DNA from: Candidatus Thorarchaeota archaeon
GTDB taxonomy: Archaea > Asgardarchaeota > Thorarchaeia > Thorarchaeales > Thorarchaeaceae
Reading direction: 5' to 3'
Assembly (NCBI GenBank): GCA_011364985.1
Contig: RDOC01000001.1
Location: forward strand, 159,576-223,575
Length of the DNA: 64,000 bases
Program-made: the position numbers and the translations under genes
In this document: piece by piece, positions 20,101-27,935 of the stretch
How the letters are laid out: each line of letters starts with the position of its first letter
How positions within the stretch are numbered: position 1 is the first letter of the stretch
The notes under the pieces: generated by a model
The model's input: the letters and a program-made list of their open reading frames with translations, nothing else
Told to the model about the DNA's origin: nothing
Databases searched by the model: none

Positions 20101-20909
20101 AAATCTTCGTCTACTTTACGGACCCGAACTCCGGAGACTCCGATAGGGATCAGGTCCCTGACTATACCGAAGTTGTAACCTATGCCGAGTATAACATGAA
20201 TCCCTGGCAGGCAGATTCTGACAGCGACGGGCTGAGCGACAGCCTTGAACTCTACACAATAGGCACGAACCCCGGTCTGAATGACACAGACGCGGATGGA
20301 CTTGACGACTATGCAGAATACTACACCTACAAAACCTCCCCGTTGGCTCCTGATACAGACCAAGATGGCTGGACGGACTATGAAGAAGTCACCATCTACG
20401 GGACCGACCCGCTAAAGGTCGACACGGATGCAGACGGTCTCATGGACTCAATGGATTTCAATCCGCGGCTCCACTGGGTCGTGCCAATCATCGTTCTACT
20501 ATTCGTTGGCGGCATCACCGCAGTAGTCTATAAACGCGTACGTAGAACTACACGCAGAGAGGAGTACATCACAAAGGCAGAGCCTGCAAGCCTCGGTCTT
20601 GAGAAGGGGATGGACATCGCGGTGGAGTACAAGATACGCGAAGGCAAGGTGGTCTTTGGCGTGGCGATACGGAATAACTCTGCGAACCCCATGAGCAATG
20701 TGCAGGTGGTGCTTGGTATACCCGAACTGACAGATACCATCCAGAGCAAGAGCGCAGGTTCTGTTGAGCCCGGCGATAGTGCAGTGGTAGAGATCGCCTT
20801 CGAATTGCAGCCCGGCGCCGAGGGCGAGCTAGTAGGCATGGTGGAATATGACTCCGTCGAGGGTGAGCACCGTATAGTGAACCTAAAGCCCGTCAGGATT
20901 GTAGCATAG
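14130..20909 (+). CDS. Giant single-pass surface protein: FG-GAP-like beta-propeller, TSP3-like Ca-binding repeats, TM, cytoplasmic Ig-like domain
   Basis: GTG 14130 overlaps the upstream TGA (GTGA) and is followed by signal peptide MKRNRILLVLLCAC. DxDxDGxxE(V/I)xVG blades, then D(S/T)DxDxLxDxxE...TDP repeats, TM WVVPIIVLLFVGGITAVVY plus KRVRR, and a C-terminal beta sandwich. Confidence 0.9.
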   Translation: MKRNRILLVLLCACVLIGLQALIGDPTGQSVAIIQDRSSAVVAEIAPFDTAIVWSNDTGGQVAGIAIANFDGDNYDEMAVVTQAGVLQLYDHTGNRLWSRDLMTPANDIATLDRNADGEMEIVVGTDDGFMVMTASQTVLANIALPNPVQAVDSGDLDLDTFDEVFIGCDDNHLYAYEANGTYIWEFASNGPITQVLAADVDLDSGAEVLVGSSAGKFALVETTGAVTFSVDKAYAITGVAAGNLLSGGNLEVAFGTAGGEIAVYRSAGTPEYGIYHDDAVTALHIGQLVSGGFDEMAFGTAGNELHVYNGTGSMQWNKTLAGQVNSIRFANVGGLPNNQLISGTGAGTLNVYNATGYRVVQTTLDTFQGVIAIGDIDTNGNSEYAAGTNNGIINVYGRDLDGDDLADARETLIDLTNPAEPDSDYDNLDDGEEVLQYGTDPNSDDSDSDKLKDFSEVHTYGTDPNDADSDDDLLTDWQEIYLGTDPNDEDSDGDDLTDFEENNVTLTDPLDSDTNNNDINDGADDNDGDGLTNLQEVRLTLTDPNDVNTDGDALSDYYDDEDADSLANWKEIQVGADPLDPDSDDDLLLDGAEVKIWKSSPTNPDTDGDDLTDYEEVMIVGSNPTKADTDEDTLSDYEEYVTYGTNVTNADSDYDDLEDADEINEYFTDPLDWDSDGDTLSDGDEVNVYGTDPNSVDTDLDTLSDDYEITQGTNPKKADTDGDTINDALELLTYFTNATNVDTDGDLIRDNDEIKYLAFGFDPTDSTSWGQPESDYDYDADGDLLTNGQEIYLTRTHPGRIDSDLDGTNDNLEDADLDDINNYDEINVTDTDPRNPDTDGDEVKDGDEYLILGTDPNDEDTNDNSINDYDEDPDEDNLSNGVELYITDTDPLDATTHGTTPDDEYDGDGDFLPNWFEVFRTGTDPLYNDTNDNGIFDWEEDPDNDDLTNLQEYEVWRDFGYECDPLDADSDNDQLTDGEEVLYTLTDPSDNDDDDDTILDGQDDQDNDGLTNIEELRIYNTNATNWDTDGDMIRDGLEIQIGLNATNFDTDGDGIYDGWFDEDGDGIYDPEELGEDVDADGIVDPEETDPNNADSDGDELDDYEEYLVGTNPLKPDSDEDLLLDGQEVLHFGTNPLSNDTDGDLLDDYIEVNVTLTDPTNMWFNGTHTDYQIDSDNDMLSNGDEIYIYDTSPGDFDSDDDLIGDGEEILVYGSDPLKWDSDGDLLSDYDEIMRYGTNPAAQDSDADQVDDYSEIVILGTDPNLWSTAGNGTSDYDRDEDGDGLSNGLELYGYHSNATSSDTDGDELEDGIEVYLAGSSPTDKDTDDDGVSDYLEYMVYHTDASGSDSDSDDLTDYYEIYVSLTSPTDWDSDDDQLSDGDEVNEYGTDPKAADSDNDQLNDRRELFEVGTDPLLNDTDGDTLSDYEEWVIYGTDPLVADADEDGLNDAEEIENGTDPENEDSDFDSLSDYDEVNIYETSPINADTDFDNLADSDEIFNSKTDPNRADTDGDSIPDDLDDKDADGISNFDEIYVYETNCTLFDTDGDMLGDGYEIAQNPWVTDPNEVDTDDDLLSDWDEIFMWSSNPTRKDTDGDLLQDGEEVLTWHTDPNLDDTDADMVNDYDEIKVFETNALDPDSDDDNLSDGYELFVYNTDPLNEDTDNDRLLDDEEEFYGTDPRVEDTDEDELTDYEEVYLTGTDPTLYSTEGDGISDADRDGDNDMLTNSQEIRLTKTNPASNDTDADGKIDGLDDEDRDLLTNYEECVITETDPRDRDSDDDGVSDLNDDQDGDGLTNGDEVHIYLTDPLRRDTDGDKLSDREEVEDYGTDPLVKDTDMDEIEDYEEINTYHTNATYFDTDYDLLSDWIEIFLTETDPTNMWYNATHTDYEIDSDGDFLSNGAEIYNYATSPGDPDSDNDNLLDGEEIALGTDPLEEDSDLDNLIDGLEVHVYQTDPLSEDTDEDQINDYDEVRIYFTNPNVEDTDQDNLSDYDEIFVYFTDPNSGDSDRDQVPDYTEVVTYAEYNMNPWQADSDSDGLSDSLELYTIGTNPGLNDTDADGLDDYAEYYTYKTSPLAPDTDQDGWTDYEEVTIYGTDPLKVDTDADGLMDSMDFNPRLHWVVPIIVLLFVGGITAVVYKRVRRTTRREEYITKAEPASLGLEKGMDIAVEYKIREGKVVFGVAIRNNSANPMSNVQVVLGIPELTDTIQSKSAGSVEPGDSAVVEIAFELQPGAEGELVGMVEYDSVEGEHRIVNLKPVRIVA
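15327..20465 (+). repeat. Coding tandem repeat array (~22-23 aa bacterial TSP3-like units)
   Basis: Recurring D(S/T)DxDxLxDxxExxxxxTDPxxx over ~1700 aa, roughly 70-80 units estimated from length/period. Units diverge at the nucleotide level. Confidence 0.9.
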
Positions 20910-21195
20910 AAGAACGGATATGGTCAGCAATCTCCACCACGTAGCAGTCTACATCAAGTGCAAGACAAACGAAGTCACCCATCTCTTAATGTTCTGACAC
21001 CTCGCCTAGGGATTAAGGAGATTCCATCTTGTCTTCGAGTCACAGTCATGTGCCTTGGATATCTACAACTATGATGCACACTGTTATAACGGCGAGTCTG
21101 CTCGGCCAGAGCAGATTGGGAGAAGATCAGGGTTCTATTGATACAAAGAGCCAACACTCATCCATTGCTGTCCACAGATGTTCGATTAGCCTTAC

Positions 21196-22008
21196 TTGGA
21201 GGCTCCATTATTGAATAAGAAACTAATCATCCTTGGTTCAGGAGGACCGTTCACACTTCCTCGATTCTTCTGTGAGTGTGATACCTGTGAAACAGCCCGC
21301 AGAGAACCCGCACTGAGAAGAACAAGAGCTTCTGCAGCTATCTTGGGTGACGAGGTGACACTCATTGATGCAGGACCTGACCTAGAAATGCAGCTTGAGC
21401 GCGAAAGCATCAGAAGGATTGACAATATTCTCATCACTCACTGGCACTATGATCATGTGGCAGGTCTTGGAGCGATCAACTATCCACAGGTCATGCGCGA
21501 ATGGAAACCGATAGATGTCTATGTGGAGAAGAGCTTGATATCCCATTTTGCCAAAGAACTCATATATCTGGAAGACAGAGTCACGCTTCATTCGATATCT
21601 CCAGGCGATACGATAGCACTTCCCGATGCAACCATCGAGGTGGTTAAGACCGCCCACACAGAAGATAGTGTAGGATACATTTTCAACTCCAAGTCGAGAA
21701 TTGCATACCTTGTCGATACCGCGCTACCGTCTGATGAAACCGCTCGAAGTATCAGTGATGCAGACACGTTAATCCTTGATGCCATGTTTGATTCTGCAGA
21801 CATCGAATGGAGGCATTTCACTGTCCACGGAGCCATTGACTTCTGGAAAAGCAGTGGTCCTGAGAGATGCATTCTGACGCATCTTGCATGCCATAAATGG
21901 GCAAACTGGCACTGGATTGCGGGGTTCACATGCAAGGAGAGGCTACAAATAGAAAGACAGAATCCCGGACTCCAATTTGCTTATGATGGATTGGAAATCT
22001 CTCTATGA
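21196..22008 (+). CDS. Metallo-beta-lactamase fold hydrolase, PhnP-like
   Basis: LGSGG...CECDTC, RTRAS, IDAGPD, THWHYDH, and HF/THL motifs. Confidence 0.85.
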   Translation: MEAPLLNKKLIILGSGGPFTLPRFFCECDTCETARREPALRRTRASAAILGDEVTLIDAGPDLEMQLERESIRRIDNILITHWHYDHVAGLGAINYPQVMREWKPIDVYVEKSLISHFAKELIYLEDRVTLHSISPGDTIALPDATIEVVKTAHTEDSVGYIFNSKSRIAYLVDTALPSDETARSISDADTLILDAMFDSADIEWRHFTVHGAIDFWKSSGPERCILTHLACHKWANWHWIAGFTCKERLQIERQNPGLQFAYDGLEISL

Positions 22009-22110
22009 GCTAGAAGACTATCTCACTCTCTTCACAGGAGCAACGTCGAACCATTCGGAACAAACACTAACCATACTTCATCTCTGGAACAGATTGCCAT
22101 TGCATTTTTG

Positions 22111-22233
22111 ATGGTCGGTGTCATCTTTGGAAGGATAATTGGCATTTATGGCGGATTCAAGTCCTACCATAAAGAGGCATATCCCTATCTGGCAGTCTTG
22201 TGTCTCATTCCGGTCATTGTAGTGTCGTTCTAG
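22111..22233 (+). CDS. Possible 40 aa hydrophobic peptide or membrane-gene remnant
   Basis: MVGVIFGRIIGIYGGFKSYHKEAYPYLAVLCLIPVIVVSF*. The frame is open back to the MBL stop. Confidence 0.3.
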   Translation: MVGVIFGRIIGIYGGFKSYHKEAYPYLAVLCLIPVIVVSF

Positions 22234-22316
22234 TATCTCCTTCGATGAGAGGAATCAGTATCCGATGAAGTAAGAGATTCAACACTCATAAGGAGGAACT
22301 TCCTTAGTTCTAGGTC

Positions 22317-23030
22317 ATGTCATTCATTCTCTTTGTCACGCTATTCTGGGTCTTTGCAGTCATTGCCATTCTCCTTAGAGCCATACCCAAGTTCGAGATT
22401 AGAACCCCGATCGGCGCATCAATCAAGGCAATTCCGGGAGTCTTGGCTGTTGTCTTCATTCTGCGGATGCAACCTGATCCGGTCTTCTTCTATTCGATTC
22501 TGGCCATTGCCTTGTTCTTTTGCGCGTGCGGAGACTTCAGCATCGAGTTCAAGCTCATTGCAGGACTTGGTTGTTTCCTCATATCACATATCTTCTATGT
22601 CATAAACTTCCTTCTGCTTAGTATCACAATTGGACTAACTCCTATTCCGATCCTAGCCTTCGTCATCTGCTTGGCGGCATTGATGGTCTACATATTCTTC
22701 TATCACAGATATCTCAAAACTTCTGAGACAGAAATCCCCAGACCTATGCTTCGAGCAGTGGACTTCTATGCCTTCATGATCTCTCTAACACTCAGTGCAT
22801 CGCTTCTCTTGTGGCTATCTTCAGAGCTAATCAACGGCGCCTATGTATTCCTTGGAGCGCTGTTTTTCGTGATATCGGACTCGATGATCGGAATCAGGGA
22901 ATTTCATCACCAGTCTGCACGACAGGAAATCCAAGAACTGCTGATTCTGGTGACCTATTACCTGGCAATCTTCTTGCTGGCTGTTGGAACATTCCAGAGC
23001 ATCCATGCAACCATTTTCACAATGCCATAG
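22317..23030 (+). CDS. YhhN/TMEM86 family lysoplasmalogenase-like membrane protein
   Basis: KAIP, CACGD, GLGCFLISHIFY, GALFFVISDSMIG and TYYLA motifs; about 8 TMs. Confidence 0.85.
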   Translation: MSFILFVTLFWVFAVIAILLRAIPKFEIRTPIGASIKAIPGVLAVVFILRMQPDPVFFYSILAIALFFCACGDFSIEFKLIAGLGCFLISHIFYVINFLLLSITIGLTPIPILAFVICLAALMVYIFFYHRYLKTSETEIPRPMLRAVDFYAFMISLTLSASLLLWLSSELINGAYVFLGALFFVISDSMIGIREFHHQSARQEIQELLILVTYYLAIFLLAVGTFQSIHATIFTMP

Positions 23031-23041
23031 ACTCTGATACT

Positions 23042-23566
23042 TCAACTGCTACCCGGACAAAGCATGGTGACATGGGTATTGATATCTTGTAGCTGTGCCC
23101 CGGGTGATACGAAATCGAAAGTGGTCATTAGGTTGCTCAGGCCGTCATGAGCTTTTCTCAGCAGGTCGCCTTGAAGAACGCCTAACTCAGCGGAGCTCTC
23201 AATCGTGTTTCTCAAGCTAAGGAGAGTAAAGGCGGATTTTCGCTGTTTCTCCAGCGCCTCTATATCCTCTCGAATCATCTTCTGGATGTATGGTGGAATC
23301 GCGTTTACTGCATTGATGACAGCGACAAGAATCTGGTCAGTAAGAAAGATGAGATAGGTGGAAATGATTGCTACCATCAACGGGAGAAGGATGATTATGA
23401 ATTCTAGCCAGCGTTGCTGCTTCTTCTTCCTTGCCAAGAGTCCCTTATCCTGCTCAAAAGAATCGCCCATGAAGTTGGCAATCGTATCAATTCGCCCTTC
23501 ATAATCTCTGGCTAGATTCTTCTGGCAGCTAGATGAGAGATCATTCAGGTCGACTGGCATTATCAA
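23042..23566 (-). CDS. Hypothetical protein with central TM hairpin and flanking helices
   Basis: 174 aa ORF with KKKQQRW followed by a hydrophobic hairpin. Start overlaps the stop of the upstream small ORF. Confidence 0.65.
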   Translation of the reverse strand: MIMPVDLNDLSSSCQKNLARDYEGRIDTIANFMGDSFEQDKGLLARKKKQQRWLEFIIILLPLMVAIISTYLIFLTDQILVAVINAVNAIPPYIQKMIREDIEALEKQRKSAFTLLSLRNTIESSAELGVLQGDLLRKAHDGLSNLMTTFDFVSPGAQLQDINTHVTMLCPGSS

Positions 23567-23715
23567 TCATCCCCCCTGTCATCATCCGTAGGTTTCTTCT
23601 TGCGTACTTTGATTTCCATCTGCCTTACAAAGTCGCGATCATCAACAATCTCGTCGATTTCGACAAGAGCTTTCTCGAGCCGCTCCTTTTGTTTCTTCTT
23701 TTCATCTTCAGACAA
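23563..23715 (-). CDS. Small charged helical protein (50 aa), not in ORF track
   Basis: TTG start with GGAGG upstream; MSEDEKKKQKERLEKALVEIDEIVDDRDFVRQMEIKVRKKKPTDDDRGDD*. Stop overlaps the next gene start. Confidence 0.6.
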   Translation of the reverse strand: MSEDEKKKQKERLEKALVEIDEIVDDRDFVRQMEIKVRKKKPTDDDRGDD

Positions 23716-23856
23716 TGGGGCCCCTCCAAATGATACTTCTATCAGCGCAAGCTAATCCTAATATTAAGTTATTTCTTCATCAGAAGGCGATATGTTGCCA
23801 AGGTTGATAAGATATTAGGTAGATGAGGAGCTTAAGACTCAAGGGGAAATCCTAGC

Positions 23857-25119
23857 ATGAATCCTGACCAGCTCTTGAGCGAACTCGAAGCAAAACTCAA
23901 AGTAGTTGGGATTAAGGAGATTATTGAGCCAGAGCTTGTCAGACCGGCAAGGCATCAGAGCAGAAACCGAAGAGCTATCACTTCTCTTGAGCCCGAATTG
24001 CAGAATGCATTGGAAGCCCTGAAACACGATGAGAGACTGCCAATAGTCCTGTTCAAGATGGCTAATCTTCACCTTCTGGAAGGAAGTTTTGCTAAGGCAA
24101 TAATGCTCTACGAGATTACCCTTGGAATGGATAGCAGGCAAATTCCTGCATGGGTTAACATGGGTCTTGCATATCTCCTATCAAATGAATACAAGGATGC
24201 GGCAAGTTGTTTCGGAAGTGCCCTTGCATTAGACAATGAAAATGTGGTTGCCTTGGTTCATATGTCAGTGGCTCAATGTGAGCTAGGGAGTTCTGATGCT
24301 TGCCAGAAACATCTGGACCTTGCGTTGAAAGTAGACCCAAACAGCGCGAGAGCTCGACATGGAAAGGGAATGTACCTAAAACGTCAAGGAATCTTGGAAG
24401 GGGCCCTCAATTGGTTTGCCAAGGCACTTGAAGTCGATGAGTTCTTTGTCCCTTCCCTGATGGAGCTCGGAAGAGTCCATCTGGAACTCGGACAGCACGA
24501 AAAAGCAGTGGATGACCTCAAGAAGGTCCTTCGAGTGGATCCAAACCAAGCATATGCATATGCTATTCTTGGAGATGTTTTCTACGAACTCAAGGACTAC
24601 AATCAATGCCTCTTCTATTACGATAGAGCCGTTGCAATAAAATTCGACGACCCTGCGCTCTGGATTAGGAAGGGGGACATTCACAAACTACTGAAGTCAT
24701 ACAAGCAGGCACATGACGCATATCAAAAGGCAATTAATGCGGATCCAGAACACGTGGAAGCTTGGGCAAGAAGTGGAGAGAACCTCCTGTGGATGAATGA
24801 CCAAGATGTTGCTCTTGAGTACTTCAATACAGCTCTAGCTCTAGCACCAGATGATGCAGATGTAGCGCACAAAAGGGGTCTTGTATATTATGGAATGCAG
24901 AGATACGATGAGGCCCTGGCCGATTTCGATATTGCATTCTCTGTTGAGCCAGACAACCCAGAACATCTATACCACAGGGCATTCTGTTTGGAACATCTTG
25001 AAAGATATGCTGAGGCAAAACGCACTTGGCAGGTTGCCAAGGCACTCTACGACGAGGAAGGTAATGATATCCGGTCTGCAGAGTGCAATGCAAGAATGAA
25101 GAGACTCTCAAGTTCATAA
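23857..25119 (+). CDS. Tetratricopeptide repeat protein
   Basis: About 10 consecutive 34-aa TPRs (AWVNMG, ALKVDPN, AYAILGD, AINADPE). Confidence 0.92.
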   Translation: MNPDQLLSELEAKLKVVGIKEIIEPELVRPARHQSRNRRAITSLEPELQNALEALKHDERLPIVLFKMANLHLLEGSFAKAIMLYEITLGMDSRQIPAWVNMGLAYLLSNEYKDAASCFGSALALDNENVVALVHMSVAQCELGSSDACQKHLDLALKVDPNSARARHGKGMYLKRQGILEGALNWFAKALEVDEFFVPSLMELGRVHLELGQHEKAVDDLKKVLRVDPNQAYAYAILGDVFYELKDYNQCLFYYDRAVAIKFDDPALWIRKGDIHKLLKSYKQAHDAYQKAINADPEHVEAWARSGENLLWMNDQDVALEYFNTALALAPDDADVAHKRGLVYYGMQRYDEALADFDIAFSVEPDNPEHLYHRAFCLEHLERYAEAKRTWQVAKALYDEEGNDIRSAECNARMKRLSSS

Positions 25120-25222
25120 GGAGACTCCTACTGGGTGTGTCCTACATAGAATAAGAATAAATACAAAGAGAAATTACATCTCTCGCAATTCCAAAACGTT
25201 GTGCAGGTTGCCCTGGCAGAAT

Positions 25223-26251
25223 ATGAAGGATAACCCAGAGAATAGCCACATTGTCAAATCCAATTCAGGAGATGATACAAGGAAAGCGATTCCCAAGGCG
25301 AGATGGAAAGACCTTGTTGGATCGTCCACCTTTCTGGAATCGCGAAACCTCGCACCAAAGGTGGGAGTGGAGAAGCTCTTTCTCAAATTTGAAGGAGGAA
25401 ATCCGACTGGCACTCAGAAAGACAGAATTGCTCTGGCATTAGCTGAGGATGCTTGGAAGAAAGGCACAGCTGCTATTGTTACCGCTACATGCGGGAATTA
25501 CGGAGCTGCACTTGCATATGCGGCAAAACTATGGCAGTTGCCGGCGCACATCTATATACCCAAGGAATATCACGTTCCAAAGGATAGGATGAAACGAATA
25601 CAGGAATCGGGTGCTGTACTCCATTTTGAGGAGGGACAATATGAGGATCTGGTTTATCTCTCAGGCCAGGTGTGCGACGAGAATAGATGGTACGATGCAA
25701 ATGCTGGTGCAGAAGGAACAACAGAAATCGCACTTAATGCCTATGCAGAGATTGCCCTTGAGGTCTTTAGAGACATTAGAAGAGCCCCAGATTTTGTATT
25801 CTGCCCTGTTGGAAATGGTACTACACTGGCTGGAATCTATCAAGGCTTCAAAAGCTTGGTAGCATCTGGAAAGACCATGAAGGTTCCTAGAATGGTTGCC
25901 ACTAGTACTCGTCGGGGAAATGCCATTGTGAAGTCCTACAAGATGAGAAGTAGACGGCTTATTGATTTGAGCAGAGAAGAGATCAAGGAGACTAAAATCA
26001 ATGAACCGTTGACCAACTGGCATTCCTTTGACGGCCAAGAGGCCTTAGATGCCATCTATGAATCTGATGGATTTGCCGACTATGCATCCGAAGTGAAAAT
26101 GGTCGAGTTCTCAAGGCTACTTCGCGAAGAAGAAGGACTGAACGTATTACCAGCAGCAGCCAGCACCCTGGCTGTCATGTCCGACCTCGCTGACAGCCGA
26201 GTAGTTGTGAAAGGAACTTTCTTGGCCATTCTCACAGGTAGAGACTTCTAA
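25223..26251 (+). CDS. PLP-dependent fold-type II enzyme, threonine synthase-like
   Basis: LKFEGGNPTGTQKDR (PLP Lys), ATCGNYG, PVGNGTT. Confidence 0.85.
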   Translation: MKDNPENSHIVKSNSGDDTRKAIPKARWKDLVGSSTFLESRNLAPKVGVEKLFLKFEGGNPTGTQKDRIALALAEDAWKKGTAAIVTATCGNYGAALAYAAKLWQLPAHIYIPKEYHVPKDRMKRIQESGAVLHFEEGQYEDLVYLSGQVCDENRWYDANAGAEGTTEIALNAYAEIALEVFRDIRRAPDFVFCPVGNGTTLAGIYQGFKSLVASGKTMKVPRMVATSTRRGNAIVKSYKMRSRRLIDLSREEIKETKINEPLTNWHSFDGQEALDAIYESDGFADYASEVKMVEFSRLLREEEGLNVLPAAASTLAVMSDLADSRVVVKGTFLAILTGRDF

Positions 26252-26261
26252 GATCATTGGG

Positions 26262-26807
26262 TTAAAGAACGAGCTTCATTGTAAGATTGCCTGAGTTCTC
26301 ACGAGCCACTATACTGAATCCAAAACCTTCATAGAATCGCTGGAGCTGGATGCCTTTTTCATCCTCCACTTCAGTATCAACAGAGATGACCAGAAAGTTC
26401 TCAGTTCGGGCCCAGTCTATCAAAGCCTCAATCATTCTTTTGCCAATTCCCTTTCTCTGTTGCTTCACTGCAATTGTATCTAGATGGAATGTCTTCACGT
26501 AAGTACTTGGCAATGTATATCCGAAGAGCACAGCCTCCGGTACCGAGTTTACAACTACATACATCAGGAGGTGTCCTGGAGCCTGGAGCCGCTCAAGGAT
26601 TTCATCCTCTGAATATCTAAGGGAGGATCTGAAAGCCACACGTTCGAGGTCCATGAACCAATCGACATGATAGTCCTTGAGTTCTTGAGGGAAGAATATC
26701 TGTACCTCATCAGAGAATATCTCCGAAAGCTTCTCATTAAGGCTAAGCCAAATCGATTCATCGGGTTCAGGTTGATCCTTTAGATACATTCCTGATTCAG
26801 CTCCCAT
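26262..26807 (-). CDS. GNAT family N-acetyltransferase
   Basis: LDTIAVKQQRKGIGKRM acetyl-CoA motif; FYEGFGF. Confidence 0.88.
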   Translation of the reverse strand: MGAESGMYLKDQPEPDESIWLSLNEKLSEIFSDEVQIFFPQELKDYHVDWFMDLERVAFRSSLRYSEDEILERLQAPGHLLMYVVVNSVPEAVLFGYTLPSTYVKTFHLDTIAVKQQRKGIGKRMIEALIDWARTENFLVISVDTEVEDEKGIQLQRFYEGFGFSIVARENSGNLTMKLVL

Positions 26808-26842
26808 TCTTTTTTTTCTAATCGACCCAAATTATAGTTTAC

Positions 26843-27847
26843 TCATGAATCTATGCCATAACGACTTCTAGCTGATTCTATCAACCGATGAATCAACTGG
26901 TCATAAGTATACCCGCCCTTCATTGCCATGTAGGGATAGAAGGAGATATCCTTCTCCTCCAAATCGAAATCCATTCCAGGAAGAGGATTGATTTCAAGGA
27001 AAAAGATCTTTCCGCCATCATTCATGCGATAATCGATTCTGGCAAAGTCGGGAATCTCAAGATGCCTGCATACATCAATTGTAATCTGTTCAATTTCCTC
27101 CTTCAGAAACTCGGGAATCTTGGCCGGGCAGACGTAGTGATCAAGATCCTCGTATATCGTCTTTGCCCTTTGACCATAGACCCCCATAACTTCTGGCGGA
27201 AATCCAGAGAAGTCAATCTCCAGAATGGGTAGTACCTCTGGAGTTCCTCCAGGCACACCCAGTATTCCGACACTAAACTCCCGTCCTTCGATGAATTCTT
27301 CTATCAGAATCGACTGCTCATAAGACTCTAGCATAGCTGTAAGCTTGACCCGAAGTCCGTCCCGATTCCTTACCACATTGTCCTCGTTTATTCCAACTGA
27401 AGACCCCTCCTCATTTGGCTTGAGAATAACGGGAAACGTGAAGTCAAGGGATTCGGTTTCTTCGACGGTTCTACACACATGGAAAGCTGCTGTGCGAACG
27501 CCATGATATGCAAGTATCATCTTTGTCCAGGCCTTGTTGAGACATACTGCCGTGGTGAGAACGTTAGCACCTACATACGGAATGCCAAGCATCTCAAGAA
27601 GCGCAGGAATGTGAGACTCTCTGCTCTCGCCTCGTAGGCCTTCAGCCCTGTTAAACACCAGATCAGGTTTGACATCCTTGAGGTTTTCTATGACGTTCTC
27701 GTCAGCTTCGATGAATATGTAATTGTGCCCAGCCGCTTCAATGCCGTGTTTAATCATCTCGATTGTATGAGGTGGATCGTATTCAACTTCGAATTCGGAT
27801 TCTCCAAGACGAGTATTTACTATCAGTGCAACTAGCATTTTTCGCAC
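26843..27847 (-). CDS. D-Ala-D-Ala ligase-like ATP-grasp peptide ligase
   Basis: VFNRAEG, LEMLGIPYVG, ILKPNEEGSSVGI, EEFIEGREFSV, ARIDYR, LEINPLPG. Confidence 0.9.
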   Translation of the reverse strand: MRKMLVALIVNTRLGESEFEVEYDPPHTIEMIKHGIEAAGHNYIFIEADENVIENLKDVKPDLVFNRAEGLRGESRESHIPALLEMLGIPYVGANVLTTAVCLNKAWTKMILAYHGVRTAAFHVCRTVEETESLDFTFPVILKPNEEGSSVGINEDNVVRNRDGLRVKLTAMLESYEQSILIEEFIEGREFSVGILGVPGGTPEVLPILEIDFSGFPPEVMGVYGQRAKTIYEDLDHYVCPAKIPEFLKEEIEQITIDVCRHLEIPDFARIDYRMNDGGKIFFLEINPLPGMDFDLEEKDISFYPYMAMKGGYTYDQLIHRLIESARSRYGIDS

Positions 27848-27935
27848 AGTCTCAAAAATGTGTCTTTTCGGATTAAATATCCATCCAAATGCTTCATTTG
27901 TCGTCTAGCTCACGTATTTGACGCTATTCCCGCAT

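Noticed and set aside
15327-20465. Repetitive DNA as a possible CRISPR array or DNA tandem repeat
   Set aside because: Repeats are conserved at protein level within one ORF, with no identical nucleotide repeats or spacers.
26843-27847. Ddl-like gene as evidence for peptidoglycan synthesis
   Set aside because: No mur/mraY/PBP genes in the window, and the N-terminus is of the non-cell-wall Ddl-like type.
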